DNA of 64,000 nt from Candidatus Aminicenantales bacterium (GTDB lineage: Bacteria > Acidobacteriota > Aminicenantia > Aminicenantales > UBA4085), in the NCBI GenBank assembly GCA_049515535.1, contig JBEKTZ010000003.1:62001-126000 (forward strand), read 5' to 3'. A model generated the notes under the pieces. The model saw only the letters and a program-made list of their open reading frames with translations, was not told where the DNA came from and searched no databases. Positions 28,754 through 40,717 of this stretch are shown here, piece after piece; position 1 is the first letter of the stretch; each line of letters begins with the position of its first letter. Both the position numbers and the translations under genes were made by a program.

Positions 28754-29788
28754 TCAAAAAGCGATCATCGTTTTGAGGGCGCCGGCCCTGCGGTAGGCGG
28801 CGGTTTCGAAGGCCGCCTGCGCTTCCTCCAATGGGAATGTGTGCGTGCCGAGAAAATCGATATCGACACGGCCGCAGGCGATTAGGTCGATCGCTTTCTC
28901 CGCGCAACGGTTCTGCCGCCGCACATTCTGGATCCTGATTTCCTTGCGGCGGATGACTCGACTCGGGAACGAGACACGCTCCTCGAGAGGAATTCCGACG
29001 AAGACGAGCATTCCGCCCGGCTTCAGCAATTCCACGGCCTGATCGAGGGCGGCCTGGTCGCCGCAGCATTCGAACACGGCGTCGAGCCCCAACGGCCGCT
29101 GGGTCAAAATCGCTTGGACGATATCTTCCCGGTCCGGATTTCCCGCCCAGGGCGCTCCGGCGCGCCGAGCCGCTTCCGTCCGCTCTTTCACTTTGTCGGT
29201 GGCGAATAGGTCATGGACGCCGTTCAAACGCGCGGCGATAAGGACGCAAAGTCCGATCGGCCCCGTCCCCAGGACAGCCATCGTTTGAGTCCGATCGCCC
29301 GGCCAAAATTGGACCGCGTGCAGGGCGATTGAAAAAGGCTCCGACAGCACGGCCTGGGCCGGCGAAACGTTCTCCGGCAGCCTAAGGCAATTCCGTTCGG
29401 GCATGACGAAATATTCGGCCAGGCAGCCGTCCATCTCGCTGGGGTGGCCGAGAAACCGGATTTTGCGGCATGTGTTGGGGCGTCCGGAGCGGCATTGATC
29501 ACAGGCCCCGCAGGAAATCGCGGGCTCGACGGCGACGCGGTCGCCGGGCTTGAACCGAGTCACTTTGCGCCCGACGGCCTCGACGACCGCCGCGCATTCG
29601 TGGCCGACGACGGCCGGGTAAGCCACCTTCTCGCTGCCGACGCGGTCCGCGATGAAATAATGGAGATCGCTTCCGCAGAGCCCGGCGCGCGTGGTTTTCA
29701 GCAGGACGTCATCGGCGTTCTTCAACGGCGGCCGGGGGACGTCGCGGATTTCGACCCGCCCGACCCCGGTCAACACGGCGGCTTTCAT
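28754..29788 (-). CDS. Zinc-dependent alcohol/polyol dehydrogenase
   Basis: CGSD, GHE, CGACDQC..C, GTGPIG. Confidence 0.92.
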   Translation of the reverse strand: MKAAVLTGVGRVEIRDVPRPPLKNADDVLLKTTRAGLCGSDLHYFIADRVGSEKVAYPAVVGHECAAVVEAVGRKVTRFKPGDRVAVEPAISCGACDQCRSGRPNTCRKIRFLGHPSEMDGCLAEYFVMPERNCLRLPENVSPAQAVLSEPFSIALHAVQFWPGDRTQTMAVLGTGPIGLCVLIAARLNGVHDLFATDKVKERTEAARRAGAPWAGNPDREDIVQAILTQRPLGLDAVFECCGDQAALDQAVELLKPGGMLVFVGIPLEERVSFPSRVIRRKEIRIQNVRRQNRCAEKAIDLIACGRVDIDFLGTHTFPLEEAQAAFETAAYRRAGALKTMIAF

Positions 29789-30025
29789 GAGCGTCCTTTC
29801 TCAGAGTTCACTGGGCATGTCTCAACGCATCTATGATAGCAGAAATCGGCAGGCGCTCGCGGACCTTATTTTTTCTTTGGCTTGACCTGGATTTTCCTTA
29901 TCGCCGGCTTCTTCTCGCACTCTCTCTGGAAGTCCTGATCGCGCTGGCTGTTTTCATAGTCGGGCGACTGGAAGCGGTAAGTGAACCGGGTGTGCTCGTC
30001 GTATTTGCCCTTGAGCAGCGCCGCG

Positions 30026-30271
30026 CGGGCCCAAGAGGACGACGTTCTCGCCATTGGCGATAAATCGGCATTCGGCCAGCTCCTTTAGCCGCTTCTTGTC
30101 GATCGATGACTGGAAGGCAAAGTCGAAGCTCTCAAGCGTCTTGACGTAGGGGAACTTGGCGAGCGCAGTTCGGAGGGCGATGTTATTTTCTTGCTTGGAG
30201 GCCACCTCCTGGGAGAGGATCTCGTCCAGGAAGTCGGTGTAGGGAACACTGTTCTTGGCCGCCTCCTCGAG
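30026..30271 (-). mobile_element. istB: IS21-family IstB helper ATPase fragment
   Basis: YTDFLDEIL..E..K......R...AKFPYVKTLESFDFAFQSSID...ELAECRFI.NGENVVLLGP; breaks at Walker A. Confidence 0.85.
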
Positions 30272-30439
30272 CGTTTCGGGCGCAAGCCAGCGGAGCCGTT
30301 CCTGGAGGTCCTGCAGGATCTGGATGACCGCGCGCTTCCGCCCGCCGTATTTCTCGACGACCTAGCGGACGACAGCACCTCTGTCGTCGGGGAGGGAGTC
30401 TGTCCCGGCGGAACCCGCCTTTTGGCTTTTCCGCTGCAT
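30263..30439 (-). pseudogene. NuoE/HydC-like N-terminal pseudogene fragment fused in frame to istB
   Basis: ATG 30439; VVR*VVEKYGGRKRAVIQILQDLQERLRWLAPETLEE aligns with KVRRVIAKYQGQKRALIPILQDIQDHFRWLSPEILDE of 61783-62388; TAG at 30362-30364. Confidence 0.8.
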
Positions 30440-30492
30440 TTCGCGTGTGCCTTATAGAAAAAGCCGAAAGCTTGTCAATGATTTTCCGCGGA

Positions 30493-31077
30493 CTACCGGC
30501 ACCGCTGCCAATCGGATTCGCTGAACGTGCGGTCCAGCTCTCTCCACAGGTCTTTCACGTCGCAGGTCATGACGATCAGGTCCTGAGCGCCGCCTTTGAT
30601 ATCCTTGACGAAGTCGGGCAGCAACGTTTCCTCGCGGAAACCGAGCCGGCGGAAGATCTTCTGGGCCCCGATCTGGGGCCGCATCATCCGGGCCACGATC
30701 GTCTGGATCTGGTTCTGGACGGCGATGAAATAGAGCTCGCGTATCATGATCGTTCCCAAGCCCCGGTGATGAAAAGGCCGGGCGATTATCACGCGGATTT
30801 CCCCCTGGTGCTTGCTCCAGGCTTCCCCCGAGAGCTCCAGGGCTCCGCTGGCCACGATCACTCCGCCGTGGACGGCTACGATCCGGATGTCGTCGCCGGA
30901 ATCGATGCGCCGGAGTCTCTTGGCCACGACTTTCCGGTCCGTGACGTCGAACTTCAGGTATTTCCGGTCCTCTTCGGGCAGGGAGCCGTAAAAGTCCATC
31001 AACTGGTCGATGTCGTTCGCCGCGAGCCTCCGGATCGTCACTTCCGTGCCGTCCTTCATTCTTTCGGTCTTGTCCAT
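30493..31077 (-). CDS. GNAT N-acetyltransferase (copy 1)
   Basis: DGTEVTIR; acetyl-CoA motif FHHRGLGT; FRRLGF. Confidence 0.88.
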   Translation of the reverse strand: MDKTERMKDGTEVTIRRLAANDIDQLMDFYGSLPEEDRKYLKFDVTDRKVVAKRLRRIDSGDDIRIVAVHGGVIVASGALELSGEAWSKHQGEIRVIIARPFHHRGLGTIMIRELYFIAVQNQIQTIVARMMRPQIGAQKIFRRLGFREETLLPDFVKDIKGGAQDLIVMTCDVKDLWRELDRTFSESDWQRCR

Positions 31078-31127
31078 GCGCGCGTCTTCCCTTTCTGCGA
31101 GATGTCGTCCATCAATCTTGTTCCTTA

Positions 31128-31156
31128 TTTATATGGAGAAGACTTCGAATTGTCAA
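31128..31156 (-). promoter_or_regulatory. Sigma70 promoter of GNAT copy 1
   Basis: Minus strand TTGACA-N17-TATAAA. Confidence 0.65.
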
Positions 31157-31213
31157 GCCGCGGCCGATTGACAGGACTCCGACGCCGGTGCTATTGTGAG
31201 CCGAGGCGGACCG

Positions 31214-33238
31214 ATGCCCATCCGAGAAGTCGTCCGGCGGTTCTTTGATTTGCCCTTGCGGCGCAAGCTCATCCTGAGTTTTCTCATCGTCATCCTCCTC
31301 GGCGGGGTCCTGTCCCTGATCATCGGCACGCGGATCGAACATCAGACCATCATATCCCTGGCCGAAGCCAAGGTCAGGCACGACCTGGCCTCGGCGTCGA
31401 TGGTCTATGATGAACGGCTGCACGGCCTCCGGGACACCGTCCGGCTCAGCGCCACCCAAGAGTTCCTCCGGGCGGCCCTCCGACAGGCGAGCCTCGAAAA
31501 TGCCGCCGTCCGGCTCGACGGGATCCGCCGGGAGTTCGGCCTCGACGTCCTCAACCTCACGGACGGCCTCGGCCGTGTTGTCGTCCGGTCGCGGCACCCC
31601 GAGGCGGCGGTCGGCGACGACGTGTCCGGGGATCCCTGCGTCGCCCTCTCCCGCCGGGGTCAGGTCTGCGCCGGGACCCGCATCGTCACCCGGGACGAGC
31701 TTCTCAAGGAAGGGGACGACCTGGCCGAGCGGGCCTATTTCCAATTCGTCCCGACGCCCATGGCGGCCGCGAGACCCGAAGACCATGAAGACAAGGGCAT
31801 GATGCTCACGGCGGCCGCCCCCGTCCAAGACGAGTCGGGCGGCCTTCTCGGCGTCCTCTACGGCGGACTGCTCTTCAACCGGAATTATGACCTCGTCGAC
31901 CGGGTCAAGGAGATCGTCTTCAAAGGGGAGAAATACAAGGGCCACGACATCGGAACGGCGACCTTGTTCCAGGACGACCTCCGGATCGCCACCAATGTTC
32001 TGGACGACACCGGGCGCCGGGCCGTCGGGACGCGCGTCTCGCGCGAAGTCAACGAAGCCGTCTTGGGCCGCGGCGAAACCTATGTCGGGCGGGCTTTCGT
32101 GGTGACGGCTTGGTACATCACGGCCTACCGGCCGATCCAGGACATCGAAGGCCGGACGATCGGTATGCTCTACGTCGGCATGCTCGAACGACCGTACATC
32201 GACCTGCGGAATAGGGTCATGGCGACGTTCGCTGGGATCGCCGGCCTCTGCGCGCTCTTTCTCCTGGGCTTGCTGTCCTTCGTTGCCCGCCGGATCACCC
32301 GCCCCCTCGGCGTCATGGTCGAAGCCACGGACAAGATCGCCTCGGGAGAGCTCGATCATCACGTCGCCCTCGAAGGCCGGGACGAAATCGGGAGGCTGGC
32401 GAGGGCGTTCAACCGGATGACCGAGAACCTCCGTGGCGCCCGCGAGGACCTGACGCAATGGGGCCTGACGCTGGAGCGCCGGGTCGAGGAGAGGACGCGC
32501 GAGCTCCGCGAAACGCAGGATCAACTCATCCAGTCCGAGAAGCTGGGATCCCTGGGCAAGATGGCCGCGGGTGTCGCCCATGAGATCAATAATCCCCTGA
32601 CGACCATCCGGATCAATGCCCATCTCCAGCTTGAAAAGTGCGGCGACGATCCCACGAGACGGGAGGCCCTCACCCTCATCGCCGACGAGACGGCCCGCTG
32701 CGCGCAAATCGTCAACGGCCTTCTTGATTTCGCCCGCCAGACGCCCTCCCAGTCGGCGCCCTGCGACATCAACGATATCATCGAGCGCACTCTCCAGCTC
32801 CTGGAGAAGCAGGCCTCGGTCCGGAACATCCGGATCGTCAAGACCCTCGACGGTTCCCTCCCGCTCATCCCCGTCGACAAGAACAAGATCCAACAGGTCT
32901 TCTCCAACCTGATTCTCAATGCCTGCGAAGCGATGCCCCGCGGCGGCACGCTGGTCATCACCAGCCGTAGGAGCCGCAACGGAACGGGCCTCGAGATTGC
33001 GTTCACCGATACAGGCGTGGGAATCGCCCCCGACCACATGACGAAGATTTTCGACCCGTTTTTCACCACCAAACATTTCGGGACGGGATTGGGCCTGGCC
33101 GTCAGCTACGGGATCGTCCGGCAGCGGGGCGGGACGATCGACGTCCAGAGCGAGCTCGGGCGGGGGTCGACGTTCACGGTCCGGATTCCCTTGGACTCCG
33201 GGCCCGAAAAATCCGAACGGAGCGAGGACGTGTCATGA
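31214..33238 (+). CDS. Sensor histidine kinase (Cache-HAMP-HisKA-HATPase, NtrB-type core)
   Basis: Two TMs, Cache-like RIATNV..GRRAVGT, HAMP DEIGRLARAFN, AHEINNPL, DTGVG, GTGLGL. Confidence 0.93.
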   Translation: MPIREVVRRFFDLPLRRKLILSFLIVILLGGVLSLIIGTRIEHQTIISLAEAKVRHDLASASMVYDERLHGLRDTVRLSATQEFLRAALRQASLENAAVRLDGIRREFGLDVLNLTDGLGRVVVRSRHPEAAVGDDVSGDPCVALSRRGQVCAGTRIVTRDELLKEGDDLAERAYFQFVPTPMAAARPEDHEDKGMMLTAAAPVQDESGGLLGVLYGGLLFNRNYDLVDRVKEIVFKGEKYKGHDIGTATLFQDDLRIATNVLDDTGRRAVGTRVSREVNEAVLGRGETYVGRAFVVTAWYITAYRPIQDIEGRTIGMLYVGMLERPYIDLRNRVMATFAGIAGLCALFLLGLLSFVARRITRPLGVMVEATDKIASGELDHHVALEGRDEIGRLARAFNRMTENLRGAREDLTQWGLTLERRVEERTRELRETQDQLIQSEKLGSLGKMAAGVAHEINNPLTTIRINAHLQLEKCGDDPTRREALTLIADETARCAQIVNGLLDFARQTPSQSAPCDINDIIERTLQLLEKQASVRNIRIVKTLDGSLPLIPVDKNKIQQVFSNLILNACEAMPRGGTLVITSRRSRNGTGLEIAFTDTGVGIAPDHMTKIFDPFFTTKHFGTGLGLAVSYGIVRQRGGTIDVQSELGRGSTFTVRIPLDSGPEKSERSEDVS

Positions 33239-33642
33239 CAGAACTCACCAAGAAAAAGATCCTGGTGGTCGATGATGAACCGGCGGTCTGCAAGAGCATC
33301 CGGGAGGCGCTCCTGCGCGAGGACTACGAAATCGATACCGCCCCGGGCGGAGAAGAGGCCTTGCGGCTGGCGGGGAACAAGACGTATGACGTGTTCCTCG
33401 TTGACTTGATGATGCCGGATATCGGCGGTCTGGACCTTCTGAAAATGATCCGGGCCGAGTGTCCGGCCGCACGGGTCATCATGATCACGGGCTATCCGAC
33501 CGTGAAAAACACTCTCCAGGCCATGCAAACCGGCGCCTTCGATTTCCTGCCGAAGCCGTTCCTCCCGTCCACACTGCGCAGCCTGGTGGCCAAGGCGCTG
33601 GGCGGCGGCGAGGGCGAGACGGGGTCAAGCGCGTCGGGATAG
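33235..33642 (+). CDS. Stand-alone response regulator receiver
   Basis: ILVVDD, DLMMP, MITG, PKPF; no output domain; ATGA overlap with the kinase. Confidence 0.9.
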   Translation: MTELTKKKILVVDDEPAVCKSIREALLREDYEIDTAPGGEEALRLAGNKTYDVFLVDLMMPDIGGLDLLKMIRAECPAARVIMITGYPTVKNTLQAMQTGAFDFLPKPFLPSTLRSLVAKALGGGEGETGSSASG

Positions 33643-34503
33643 AGCCTGCCGCAGGGTGGCCCCGATGTCGGCCGGGCTGACGGCCACGTGGACCCCCGCC
33701 GCCTCGAGAGCGGCCATCTTTTCCTGGGCCGTTCCCTTTCCTCCGGCGATGATCGCCCCGGCGTGACCCATCCGCCGCCCCGGGGGGGCGGTCTGGCCGG
33801 CGATGAAGCCGACGACGGGCTTGGAGAACTCGGCCTGGATGTAGGCCGCGGCCTCGTCCTCGGCCGTGCCGCCGATCTCGCCGATCAGAACCACCGCTTC
33901 GGTCCCGGGGTCGTCCTTGAAGAGCCGCAGGAGCTCGATGTACTTCAGCCCGACGATCGGGTCGCCGCCGATGCCGACCGCCGTCGACTGCCCGTAGCCC
34001 TGCCGGCTCACCTGCTGGACGGCCTCGTAGGTCAGGGTGCCCGAGCGGGAGATGATGCCGATCGTCCCGGGCGCATGGATGTGACCGGGCATGATCCCGA
34101 TCTTGGCCTTGCCCGGCGAGATGACGCCCGGCGTGTTCGGCCCGATCAATTTCGCCGGCTTCGATTTGAGGAACGCCTTGACCTTGATCATGTCGAATGT
34201 CGGGATGCCCTCGGTGATGCAGACGACGAGCCCGACGCCCGCGTCGGCCGATTCCATGACCGCGTCGGCTGCGGCGTAGGGCGGCACGAAAATCGCCGTC
34301 GCATCAGCCCCCTCGGCATCCACGGCCTCGGCCACGGTGTTGAAGACGGGGACGCCGAGGTGCCGGGTGCCGCCCTTGCCCGGGGTCATCCCGGCAACGA
34401 CCCTGGTGCCGTACTCGATCATCTTCTGGGCATGGAACGTGCCTTCCCCGCCGGTGATCCCCAGAACGACGACGCGCGTTTTTTCATCGATGAGAATGCT
34501 CAT
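33625..34503 (-). CDS. sucD: Succinyl-CoA synthetase alpha subunit
   Basis: [35 protein letters not shown]. Confidence 0.96.
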   Translation of the reverse strand: MSILIDEKTRVVVLGITGGEGTFHAQKMIEYGTRVVAGMTPGKGGTRHLGVPVFNTVAEAVDAEGADATAIFVPPYAAADAVMESADAGVGLVVCITEGIPTFDMIKVKAFLKSKPAKLIGPNTPGVISPGKAKIGIMPGHIHAPGTIGIISRSGTLTYEAVQQVSRQGYGQSTAVGIGGDPIVGLKYIELLRLFKDDPGTEAVVLIGEIGGTAEDEAAAYIQAEFSKPVVGFIAGQTAPPGRRMGHAGAIIAGGKGTAQEKMAALEAAGVHVAVSPADIGATLRQALSRRA

Positions 34504-34524
34504 GGCTTGCTCCTTTGCGGCGGG

Positions 34525-35682
<1,158 letters not shown>

Positions 35683-36141
35683 GCGTTTCTCCCTTTTTTT
35701 TCTGCTGTCACAGAGCCCGGTGGACCGGGCGCATTCCTTATAACAAAGGCCCTGGCAGGTGTCAATCAATTCTAAACGGGTGATGACGGGGAACGGATAA
35801 TGGGTCAGTTTGAATTGAAATCAAAAGAGGAGGCGCGCCGGGTTCAATTGGGTTCTAAATATAGTCCCTTAGAATTATCCTCTATCGCCCGGTATTTTAA
35901 CCTCCTTTGGCAAAAATGTTATTCCGGGTTCTTATTGACGATAATAAGAATTATCCTGGGCAAATTTGCTTCAAGAGCGTGCCCCCAACAAAAGTTTGCT
36001 CAAAGAAACCTCCTTGAGCTACTAGAATGTCGAAGGCTCGTACCTCCTCTTTTCTTATACTACTTTTTTTCAAGAAATCCTATTTCCTAAATATCAAGAG
36101 ACATTTTGAATATGATGGGCGAAGATGATAGAATTAATTTA

Positions 36142-36608
36142 TCAATCCAGGTACATCAGACAGACGTCGTTGCGCAGCTCGTCCTCGTACCGTTTGCTCC
36201 GAGGGAGAACTTCGCTGCGAAATTCCCCGTTCCGGTCCCGGGGAACCTCGATCGCGACTTCGCCAAACCGTTTCATCGTGAACCGCCGTTCATAGGAACC
36301 ATTGCGATGATTCGTCTCGCCGTCTTTTCGCTCATACGGATCCCGACCCAAAAAATGGCTCCGCTCGGCCCGCATCAGTTCCGTCAGATACTCGGCGATG
36401 CCTTGGTTCATTTCCGCCCGCATCATCTCAAAAATCCGTTCCGGCTGGGCTTGAATCTCCTTGAAAACTTTCGTCAGCTCTGTTACGCTCAGAGTGACTT
36501 TCATGGGCTCTTTCTCCTTTCATAAGAATGTCGCTTTTAATCCTTATAAAGGAAAAGAGCCTTTTCTTCCACCTCTCTCCAATTTCACACATAAAAGTTT
36601 ATACTACC
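36142..36608 (-). mobile_element. IS256-family left end with N-terminal transposase fragment
   Basis: ORF 36142-36504 with NHRNGSY.R..VPRDRNGEF, truncated; terminal repeat GGTAGTATAAACTTTTATGTGTGAAATT at 36608-36581. Confidence 0.85.
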
Positions 36609-36622
36609 GGGAACGCCCGCGC

Positions 36623-36651
36623 TTGACAGTCCGCCGCAGAAAAACTATAGT
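36623..36651 (+). promoter_or_regulatory. Sigma70 promoter of the mvh-hdr-frd-kor-fum cluster
   Basis: TTGACA-N17-TATAGT. Confidence 0.75.
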
Positions 36652-36880
36652 AAAGAACCTTGATTACGAACATACTTTTCATCAACGAATGAGCAGACAT
36701 AGCCGGCGGAATCGAATCGTCCTGGCCTCTCCCTTCGGCTTGGCGGATGCGGCGAACATCGGTCTCATATCTATCATTAATTCGCGTGCCGGGCGTCCGC
36801 TCGGATCTCCGGGCTTTCATCTCGCGGCCAGGCCCGCGCGAGCGGACTCCCTTCCCACTCCGACCTCGAAAGGATGATTC

Positions 36881-37846
36881 ATGCCTAAGCCGAAATTCGC
36901 GCTTTACTGGGCGGCCAGCTGCGGCGGATGCGAGATCGCCTTCCTCGACATCCGGGAGAAGATCCTGGATTTCGACGCCGCCGCGGACCTGGTCTTCTGT
37001 CCTTGCCTCATGGATACCAAGTACAAGGACATCGAGGCGATGGCCGACGGCGAGATCGACGTGACGCTGTTCAACGGAGGCATCCGCAACGAGGAGAACC
37101 TGCACATCGCCAAGCTCCTCCGCCAGAAGTCCAAAGTCCTCGTCGCCTTCGGCTCCTGCGCCACGGAGGGCTGCATCCCCGGCCTAGCCAACCTCACAAC
37201 CACGGATGAGATCATGGATTACGTCTACCGCCGGTCGCCCTCCGTCGAAGCCGGCAACACGACACTTCCCCAGACGGTCACGGAAACGCCGACCGCGCAG
37301 CTGACCCTGCCGGCCCTGTTCGAAGTCCTGAGGCCGCTGGACCAGGTCGTCGACGTGGACTACCGGATGCCCGGCTGCCCGCCGGTGGCCGAACAGATCT
37401 GGGCGGTCGCCGAGGCCATCCTGACCAGCAAGCTGCCGCCCAAAGGGTCCCTGGTGGGGGTCAATCCCAAGACGGTCTGCGATGAATGCAAACGGACCAA
37501 GGAAGAAAAGAAGATCAAAGTGTTCCGCCGTCCCCACCTCGTCGACCCCCGGGACATCGATCCCGTCAAGTGTCTTTTGGAGCAGGGGATCATCTGCAAC
37601 GGTCCCGCCGTCCACGCGGGCTGCGGGGCTCTTTGCCCCCAGGTCAACCTGGGCTGCCGCGGCTGTTACGGCCCGGCCGACGGCATCCAGGACGTCGGGG
37701 CCAAACTCGCCGGGTCGATCGCCTCGATCATCGATAGCGACGACCCCGCCGAGATCCAAGCGGCCGTCGATCAGATCGTCGATCCGGTCGGCACGTTCTA
37801 CCGTTTCGGCCTGGCCGGATCGCTCGTGGGGAGGCGCGTGAGATGA
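36881..37846 (+). CDS. mvhG: Group 3c [NiFe] hydrogenase small subunit
   Basis: SCGGCE, FGSCA, PGCPP, VCDEC, CLLEQG.IC.GP, CGALCP..CRGCYG; no Tat signal. Confidence 0.92.
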   Translation: MPKPKFALYWAASCGGCEIAFLDIREKILDFDAAADLVFCPCLMDTKYKDIEAMADGEIDVTLFNGGIRNEENLHIAKLLRQKSKVLVAFGSCATEGCIPGLANLTTTDEIMDYVYRRSPSVEAGNTTLPQTVTETPTAQLTLPALFEVLRPLDQVVDVDYRMPGCPPVAEQIWAVAEAILTSKLPPKGSLVGVNPKTVCDECKRTKEEKKIKVFRRPHLVDPRDIDPVKCLLEQGIICNGPAVHAGCGALCPQVNLGCRGCYGPADGIQDVGAKLAGSIASIIDSDDPAEIQAAVDQIVDPVGTFYRFGLAGSLVGRRVR

Positions 37847-39300
37847 AAACGATCACCATCGATCCCATCACCCGGCTCGAAGGCCACGGCAAGATCTCCA
37901 TCATCCTCGACGACGAGGGCAACGTCGCGGATGCCTTCCTCCAGATCCCCGAACTTCGCGGCTTCGAGAAGTTCTGCGTCGGCCGTCCGGTCGAGGAGAT
38001 GCCCCGGATCACGACGCGCATCTGCGGCGTCTGTCCGGAAGCGCACATGATGGCCTCGGCCAAGGCCTGCGACGCGGTCTATCACGTCGACCTGCCCCGC
38101 ACGGCCAAGCTCCTGCGGGAGCTTCTCTACGCCATCTTCTACGTGACCGACCATTCGACCCATTTCTACGCCCTGGGCGGGCCGGACTTTGTCATGGGCC
38201 CGGACGCCCCGGCGGCCCAGCGCAACATCCTGGGTGTCATCCACAAGGTGGGCGTCGAGATCGGCCGCAAGGTCATCGAAATGCGGGGCGCCTGCCACGA
38301 GCTCATCAAGATGATGGCCGGCAAATCGGTCCATCCCATCGGGGCCCTCCCCGGGGGGATGAGCAAGGGGATGAACCGCGAGGAGCGCGACAAAGTCCTC
38401 AAGACCGGGCAGGACGCGGTCGAGTTCGCCAAGTTCACCATCGGCCTGTTCAACCAGATCGTCCTGGGCAACAAGGCCTACGTCGACCTGATCCTGAGCG
38501 ACGGCTTCACCCACCACACCTACAACATGGGCCTGGTCGACGAACGGAACCACGTCAATTTCTACGACGGCGACATCCGCGTCACGGCCCCCGACGGGGG
38601 GGAGCTGGCCAAGTTCAAACCGGCCGATTACCTCCAGCACATCGTGGAACACGTCGAGCCCTGGTCCTATCTCAAGTTCCCCGTCCTCCGGAAGGTCGGC
38701 TGGAAGGGGCTCGTCGACGGCCCCCAGAGCGGCATCTACAAGGCGACACCGCTCTCCCGCCTCAACGTCTCCGACGGCATGGCCACACCCCTGGCCAACG
38801 AGGAACACGACCGGATGTACAAAACCTTGGGCGGGAAGCCCGTCCATCAGACGCTGGCGACCCACTGGGCCAGGCTGGTCGAGCTCCTCTACGCGGCCGA
38901 GCGCTGGGTGGAGCTGGCCTCCGACCCGGAGGTCACCGGCCCGGACTACCGTGTCGTCCCCGACCACACTCCCGACGAGGGCGTCGGCGTAGTCGAAGCG
39001 CCTCGGGGCACCCTGTATCATCATTACAAGACCGACATGCGGGGCATCGTCCAGGAAGTTAACTTGATCGTCGGGACGACCAACAATAACGCCGCCATCA
39101 ACCTCTCGGTGAAGAAGGCGGCCATGAACTTCATCAAGAAGGGTCACGTCACCGACGGGCTCCTGAACATCGTCGAGATGGCTTTCCGCGCCTATGACCC
39201 GTGCTTCGGCTGCGCCACGCACGCCTGGCCCGGCCAGGCGGCGATCCATATCCGGATTCTCGACCGTGAGGGAAACATCGTCCGTGACCTGAGGAGATAG
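37843..39300 (+). CDS. mvhA: Group 3c [NiFe] hydrogenase large subunit
   Basis: TRLEGHG, L1 RICGVC, EAPRG, L2 DPCFGCATH plus a cleavable C-terminal tail. Confidence 0.94.
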   Translation: MKTITIDPITRLEGHGKISIILDDEGNVADAFLQIPELRGFEKFCVGRPVEEMPRITTRICGVCPEAHMMASAKACDAVYHVDLPRTAKLLRELLYAIFYVTDHSTHFYALGGPDFVMGPDAPAAQRNILGVIHKVGVEIGRKVIEMRGACHELIKMMAGKSVHPIGALPGGMSKGMNREERDKVLKTGQDAVEFAKFTIGLFNQIVLGNKAYVDLILSDGFTHHTYNMGLVDERNHVNFYDGDIRVTAPDGGELAKFKPADYLQHIVEHVEPWSYLKFPVLRKVGWKGLVDGPQSGIYKATPLSRLNVSDGMATPLANEEHDRMYKTLGGKPVHQTLATHWARLVELLYAAERWVELASDPEVTGPDYRVVPDHTPDEGVGVVEAPRGTLYHHYKTDMRGIVQEVNLIVGTTNNNAAINLSVKKAAMNFIKKGHVTDGLLNIVEMAFRAYDPCFGCATHAWPGQAAIHIRILDREGNIVRDLRR

Positions 39301-39308
39301 AGAAGGCC

Positions 39309-40706
39309 ATGAAAGTCCTCGTTCTCAACAGCGGCAGCTCATCCGTCAAGTTCCAGTTCATCCGCATGGAGGACGAAGGCCTCCTGGCCAAAGGGATCGT
39401 GGAGAAGATCGGCTCGAGCGACGCCATCGTCACCTACAAGCCGGAGGGACGGACGAGGATCCGGGAAATCCGCGAAGTCCTCAACCACGGCGTGGCCATC
39501 GAGATGGTCCTGAATCTCCTCCTCAGCCCCCAGCACGGCGTCATCCGCCAGAAAAGCGAGATCGACGGCATCGGGCACAGGGTCGTCCACGGCGGCGAGG
39601 ACTTTTCCGAATCCGTGCTGATCACGGACAAGGTCAAGGCCACGATCCGCAAGTGCATCCAGTTCGCCCCCCTGCATAATCCCCACAACCTCAAGGGCAT
39701 CGAGGCCTGTGAGGCCCTCCTGCCGGGAGTCCCGCAGGTGGGCGTGTTCGATACGGCCTTCCACCAGACCATCCCGCCCAAAGCCTTCATCTACGGGCTG
39801 CCCTACGTCCTCTACCGCAAACTCGGCATCCGCCGCTACGGTTTCCACGGCACTTCCCACAACTACGTGGCCCTCAAGGCCGCCGAGATTCTCGGCCGGC
39901 CCGTCGGGAAGCTCCACCTCATCACCTGCCACCTGGGCAACGGGGCCAGCATCACGGCCGTGGCCGGCGGGAAATCCATCGATACGACGATGGGCTTCAC
40001 GCCTCTCGAAGGGCTGGTCATGGGCACGCGCTGCGGCAGCATCGACCCGGCCCTCGTCCCCTACATCATGGAGAGGGAGAAGCTGGGAACGAAGGAAATC
40101 GACTCCATCATGAACAAGAACAGCGGCATGCTGGGGTTGACCGAGACGTCGCACGACATGCGGGAGATCGAGCAGGAAGCCGCCCACGGCAGCGAGCGGC
40201 ATCAACTGGCCCTCGAGATCTACTGTCATACGATCAAGAAGTATATCGGGGCCTATGTGGCCGAAATGGGACGCGTAGACGCCATCATCTTCACCGGAGG
40301 GGTGGGCGAGAACTCTCGCCTCGTCCGCCGTCTCGTCTCCGCGGGGCTCGAGGAGTTCGGCATCGTCCTCGACGCTGCGAAGAACGAGGCCAACGAACGC
40401 GTGATCAGCTCCGGCCGGGTGAAAATCATGGTCGTGCCGACCAACGAGGAGCTGGCCATCGCCCGGGACACCCTGCGGATCCTGTCGTCTCTGGAACCTC
40501 GTCCGGCCGCTCCCGCGCCCGATGACGTGGCCAAGCTCGTCCTTCTCTGGGCCAAAAACCGTAAAGCGGACGCCATCTCCCTGGCCCGGAAATGGGCCCA
40601 GAAGATCGGCCGGGAGGTCGGCCCGGCGGACGTCACCCGGGAGCTCGAACGGCTAAGCCTTGGGCCAGCCGCGCGGCCGGGAAAGAACGCCCGGAAAACA
40701 AGCTGA
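39309..40706 (+). CDS. ackA: Acetate kinase with ~65-aa C-terminal extension
   Basis: LNSGSSSVK, GHRVVHGG, APLHN, HLGNGAS, MGTRCG, PTNEEL. Confidence 0.94.
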   Translation: MKVLVLNSGSSSVKFQFIRMEDEGLLAKGIVEKIGSSDAIVTYKPEGRTRIREIREVLNHGVAIEMVLNLLLSPQHGVIRQKSEIDGIGHRVVHGGEDFSESVLITDKVKATIRKCIQFAPLHNPHNLKGIEACEALLPGVPQVGVFDTAFHQTIPPKAFIYGLPYVLYRKLGIRRYGFHGTSHNYVALKAAEILGRPVGKLHLITCHLGNGASITAVAGGKSIDTTMGFTPLEGLVMGTRCGSIDPALVPYIMEREKLGTKEIDSIMNKNSGMLGLTETSHDMREIEQEAAHGSERHQLALEIYCHTIKKYIGAYVAEMGRVDAIIFTGGVGENSRLVRRLVSAGLEEFGIVLDAAKNEANERVISSGRVKIMVVPTNEELAIARDTLRILSSLEPRPAAPAPDDVAKLVLLWAKNRKADAISLARKWAQKIGREVGPADVTRELERLSLGPAARPGKNARKTS

Positions 40707-40717
40707 AGGATAACGCC

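Noticed and set aside
30362..30364. In-frame TAG as pyrrolysine or readthrough
   Set aside because: Lies in a truncated nuoE::istB chimera; a simple nonsense mutation is more parsimonious; no pyl genes in the window
36660..36686. FNR site TTGAT...ATCAA upstream of mvhG
   Set aside because: Half-sites are 16 nt apart rather than 4
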